Below, in pieces: positions 32,405 to 36,843 of a stretch of DNA of 36,843 bases. Within the stretch, counting starts at the first letter, position 1. Each line of letters opens with the position of its first letter. This DNA is from Nemertoderma westbladi. Taxonomy: Eukaryota > Animalia > Xenacoelomorpha. The stretch is from positions 1-36,843 of the forward strand of contig JAUCBJ010006908.1 in the NCBI GenBank assembly GCA_032718475.1, in the 5' to 3' direction. The notes below the pieces were generated by a model, which was not told the DNA's origin, did not search any database, and saw nothing but the letters and a program-made list of their open reading frames with translations. Both the position numbers and the translations under genes were made by a program.

Positions 32405-35400
32405 TTAGTCTTTCTTGCGTGGACGGCGTTTACGCAGTTTTTTAAAGCTAGCAAGAGTCCTTTTCTCTTTGGGGCGAGCCACTTTACGAGGAGGGCTGTA
32501 GCTCCTAGGCGAAGGGTGCAATATAATTGCATCAGAAGGTGCAGGGTTACGATCGGTATACCCGCCGGTCGAAGTACCTGGTTGATTAATATCAACCTCA
32601 GTGGAGTGAGGTCTAACGGCCTTTAGAGCGCGTCTCAGGACAGCAGCTCCTACGGGTCCTTGACGGGTCGTCTGGACACTAGCGGTGGGTGGACCGTGAG
32701 TGGTGAGGAACTTTCTCGGTTTAATGGTTCTCTCCAGCTCGCGTTCTCGGGTTCGATATTCATATGGTCGCCGAGATATTTCCTGTAGTTCAGGATGCGA
32801 GTTCACAAAGATGTCGCCATACTCAGGGTCCTGACGGATAAAATTGATCAGGTGATATGTGGTTATATCATTAGGGTTAACGTTTCTAAGGTATTTCCTG
32901 ACAAACTTGGTGGAAATACACTCACCAACACGCTTCATTAACTCGTAACTTGGTACGCGTGTTTTCTGTTCAATCGACGCGAATAGATAAGGATGGAACG
33001 CGTAAACTCCCTCGTAAGCTCGTCCAGGGTAATAGCGATGTCGGGATTCGCAATGTAAATCGGCGTTCGCTTCCCAAGCTCGGATGTATCGCAGGGTGAT
33101 CATCTCGTCTACGCTCTCTAAATCGCGATTAAAGGGACAATTGTAACTTTCATGTCCTTTAAGTTGGCAGTAGTGACATTGAGTCATAAATTGTGGGCAG
33201 ACGGCAAATATATGAGAGTTATTAAGCCGGCAATAAGCACAATATATTTCCATCATCGGTTGTTCGAGGAAATAGGAACAAGGTACGCTCGAGTCTAGAG
33301 GAGTGAAGTGGTCTCTCGATGCTCATAATCGACAACGTTTTCGGGAAACGTAGTTGGCGTGTCGATAATCGTACGCTGTGAGACGCTGTGGACCTTGATA
33401 CCACTCTATGACATAATCATTGTCACTGCTCCGGGAAGCCGTAGGTTGAATCGCTTCTGATTCCAAGCATACTGGTTCATCCTCCAGCTGCATAGACGAA
33501 GTGGGTGCGTCGGTTTCCGTAAGTGGACCCACTGTCTGTATTTCCACGACAGAATAACCTGTAGATATTCGGGGTCTTTGTATAACGGATGAATGTAGGT
33601 TCTGTATACAAACGTCTTGAAAGACGGTAAATCCAGCGCTACTCAGTTTCTCCGCAGCTGAGTCTCTAAGACTGAGCTTGGTCAGCGCGCGGTCCTTGAA
33701 CTGACTATCGACGTTACGGAACGGAGTCAGAAAGCGCCGGAAACATTCGAAACGTATGAACTTATTGTGTTCGTCTAACTTGGCGAGTTTAGTTCCAAGT
33801 ATTTACGGGTGAGCGCGTATGGTACGACTGCACACATCGGCTAGCCAACCGGCAAGTGCTGCGTTTTCAAAGATCGTGTATATAGCTAAGGAAGGGCGAA
33901 GTGGAACACTCATAAAGCTATATACTGCACCAGGTGCAGTTAACGGTCCATCAAAATATAAACGAGAGTAATGATCTCCATATACCTGCTGGTAATTGAT
34001 AGGATTTCCAACTTTGAAATTCCATCCATATTCTTGAAAGGCAAGATGTCCGATGGATGTTCATTGTACTTTAGTAATGTCGCTGGGTGTATTGGCATAC
34101 ATAGTGCGAAAGAAACCTCGGCCTTCGGCCCAAGGAGCAATCAGCTGAGTATCAACGAAAGGGTATGGAATGTTTTCCATATTCCGGAAGTCGTTTTGGA
34201 GATCTCCATAAACAGCTGAGCCGATTTTTAGGATTCTTTCGTTAAACAACATTTCGAGCACGGGTTGGGGTAACATTGATCCGTCGATACCCATGGCCGG
34301 TTTGCGCTCGGTGTCGGTGACGTAACACTGCGCGAGCTCGAATTGTCCATGTCGAAGTTTCTTTTGTGTCTCCGTAAGGGTTTCAAAAGAATAGTCAATT
34401 ACGTCGGAACACGCTCGAGTGAATACGTGGGTAGAACCAGCGAGTCCTCGTATATGTATCATTCGCGTAGTTCCTAGTTCTCCCACCGGAACGCTACCTT
34501 CGTTGTCATAAGTAACAACGCCATACATCTCGATAACGTTAAGAGTCTCGTTCCATTCTTTAGTGGCGTTTTCGAGAGTCATTCCCACTGGATGCCACAA
34601 AGTAGCGCATTCGCTAGCATTGGGTAAATCTCTATACTTTAAGCATTGTGTAGTATAGGTTTCCACATCTCCATATCGTTTTATTCTTTCTTCCTCGAAT
34701 AACACGTCAAGATTCCAGTGTACCAATCGAGTTTTAATGAATCCATCAAGATTGTACGGAGGTAATATTTCTTTCTCTATTCTGGAAATATTATACGGTT
34801 TTCGAAATGAGTTTAGTTTAACTAGCTGATCTAGATGTTTTTGTAGTTGTTCGAGTTCGACGAGGTCGAGAGGATTGATCAATGGTAGAAACTTCAGACT
34901 ATGCGTAGGATCTTCTGGTTTTACCATGTAATATTGCTTTAAATTGACGTAATAAGAATGATCCTTAATTCCATAAAATGAGTCCGGCAAAGGTCTAGCG
35001 CGTATGTTAACATCGTGCACCATGCGATGGGCAAGATCCGCTCTATTGTCCGGAGGCTCAACAAGTACGCCATCGACACGAGCAGCCTCGACGGGTGGAC
35101 GTTGTAGCATGGGAGCGTCAGCAACGAGCTCTTGAGATCTGAGATCGGTGTTAACCGGTTGAGGCTGTACCGTAGCAAAGAGCTTGTCTTTAAAATGAGG
35201 AACCATCGAGGGGTGGAGAATCGTTTTGGAATATAGATCCGTCACGAGAATTTGAGCTTCTGGTTGGGCTAAAGCTGCTTCTTCCCTCTCAGTCAGCTCT
35301 ATATGTCTCTCCTCGAGCTGATTTTCTTCCGCTTGTTGTTGCAAGCGCTCGTCCAGGAATTCCTGTAAAGAGTAGGTTCGTCCACGTTCGATGTCCTCTT

Positions 35401-36658
35401 CTAGATTTTGTATTTCTCTATCGAACTGGGGTAAAGCTAGTTCTTTCACCGCTTGGACTTGTTGTTGCAATTTACGTTTCTCCAAGCAATCGTAAGTTCC
35501 TTTTCCGATTTTCTGCCGAATAGCGTCCAATGCATTTCGTATCACGCTCTCTTCGACTTCTGTAACAGGTTGGATCGGAGGAAGGCCAGGACGGTTGTAG
35601 GGGTTAAACGGTGATATTAGATGACCGCGTCCTAGTCCAGCAAGGTAAGGTTGGCGAATATCCAACGAACCCACTACCGGAGTGCCCCCAATCAACTGTT
35701 CAGGTAACACTAGATCTTTGAACAGTGAGTACAGTTCGGGAGGATCCGTAATACTATTAGGATCTAGAGTTTGAGGTATCACTTGGGAATGGGGAGGTCT
35801 GACCGAGTATTCCGGAACTCTGATCATAGGTTTATTCAATGATCGCTTAAGGCGCGCGACCGTAGGTGATACGTCGAAAAGGTTACGCTCGAAACTCCCA
35901 TAAGTATATCGTGTAAAACTGTGTTTAGCGCAACGTCTCCGCGGATGTTTATGCCTTTCGATCTGCTGGTTAGGTCTAGGGCATTCGTCACAGTAATACC
36001 AAAGACGCATGTCTTGAAGGGGAAACACGGGTGATCGCTCTCCAGTTTTACAATATTCCTCCATCTGTTCGAAGCTATCTGGAACGACAGGTAGGGGTCG
36101 ATCGGCGGTAAGATACATCATCGTAAAATAGAGCCGTTTGAGTTCCATCATAGGATCTGGATGTATACCTTGGGGATATCGAGTTTCGAGGTTTTGTTGA
36201 CTGGCAACATTGAGATAGGTCTCTCTTAGAAATTCTAGATATTCGTTGAAGCCGCTACGTTTATCAGGTTCTTCAACGTCTTCTCTTTCGAGCTTATTTC
36301 GAATAGAGTTCTCGTGTTCTATTCTCGATTTATCGTTTCGACTCCGCTGGGTATGATATTTAAATAAAACCATTTCCCTTTCGGTGTCTACATCGTCGGT
36401 GTCGTGTAAATCAATAGGATGACCAGTGGTCAAGAAGTCCATGTACGTACCATTACGATGCGTATAGCGAGCAGTGAATTTTCTATAGTCCAATTCACGC
36501 GTAAGTTGCTCCTGGGACATTGGCGGTTCGATATAACGACCATCGTCCTCCGTAGTAGTTGGATCAGCGTCGCCGCGTATCAAGCTATCGACAAACGCTT
36601 GTAAAGGTAGAATATATCTCTCCCTGATACCAAGATCATCTTCTATTAATTCAGTCAT
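32405..36658 (-). pseudogene. Single 1417-codon intronless frame with three in-frame stops: N-terminal Cys/His cluster and coiled coil, DEDD(y)-type 3'-5' exonuclease, two CCHC zinc knuckles, basic C-terminus
   Basis: ORFs 36658-34061, 33547-33323 and 33256-32405 and the gaps between them share one frame (4254 nt). Stops are TGA 34063-34061, TAA 33805-33803 and TGA 33325-33323. Motifs: VVTYDNE (ExoI), LP..V.EML....ILKIG.AV..DL (ExoII), FVDTQ, PL.....IYTIFE (ExoIII-like), CAYCx5Hx4C and CHYCx4Hx4C. Confidence 0.75.
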
Positions 36659-36843
36659 ATCTGCTATACGAGTTCACCAATATTATAATGAGTTTATATA
36701 TTTATTAGGCGAGCGGGCGTCGCTGCCTACTTCTCCCTTGCCCCCGGACAGTATGAGATTCTCAGCGCCGATGTACCGCTGTCGCTATACTTTCGCCAAC
36801 GACGTAGCCGTACAACGACAACGATAACCGGCACAAGTCACTC

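Noticed and set aside
33136-33241. Nanos-type zinc finger
   Set aside because: Spacing CX2CX4-5HX4C is the retroviral or gag knuckle pattern, not the Nanos spacing.

Overview
AT-rich, repeat-dense eukaryotic (probably invertebrate animal) genomic window; nothing prokaryotic is evident. It holds one clear host gene, GET4/TRC35, in two exons (4049-4509 and 12859-13387, 329 aa) split by an 8.35-kb intron. The 3' part of that intron is a ~100-copy 31-bp tandem array built from the intron's own splice acceptor. Non-LTR retrotransposons are present: one CR1/L2-group RT ORF, three near-identical 5'-truncated RTE-like copies, an RTE-like endonuclease half and a CR1 relic. The window also has MITE-like inverted-repeat elements, a probable CARD-only gene, a 49/40-bp satellite, and an 11.6-kb CpG-rich 68/60/54-bp satellite that appears to sit inside a solo LTR. 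At the right end, four annotated or unannotated minus-strand segments join into one 1417-codon intronless frame with three point stops and no frameshifts. It encodes a DEDD 3'-5' exonuclease plus two CCHC zinc knuckles and is followed by a PPT/LTR-like end, so it is likely an LTR-retroelement cargo ORF in the env position. The many ORFs in 18.6-30.3 kb and 9.0-11.6 kb are satellite translations, not genes.
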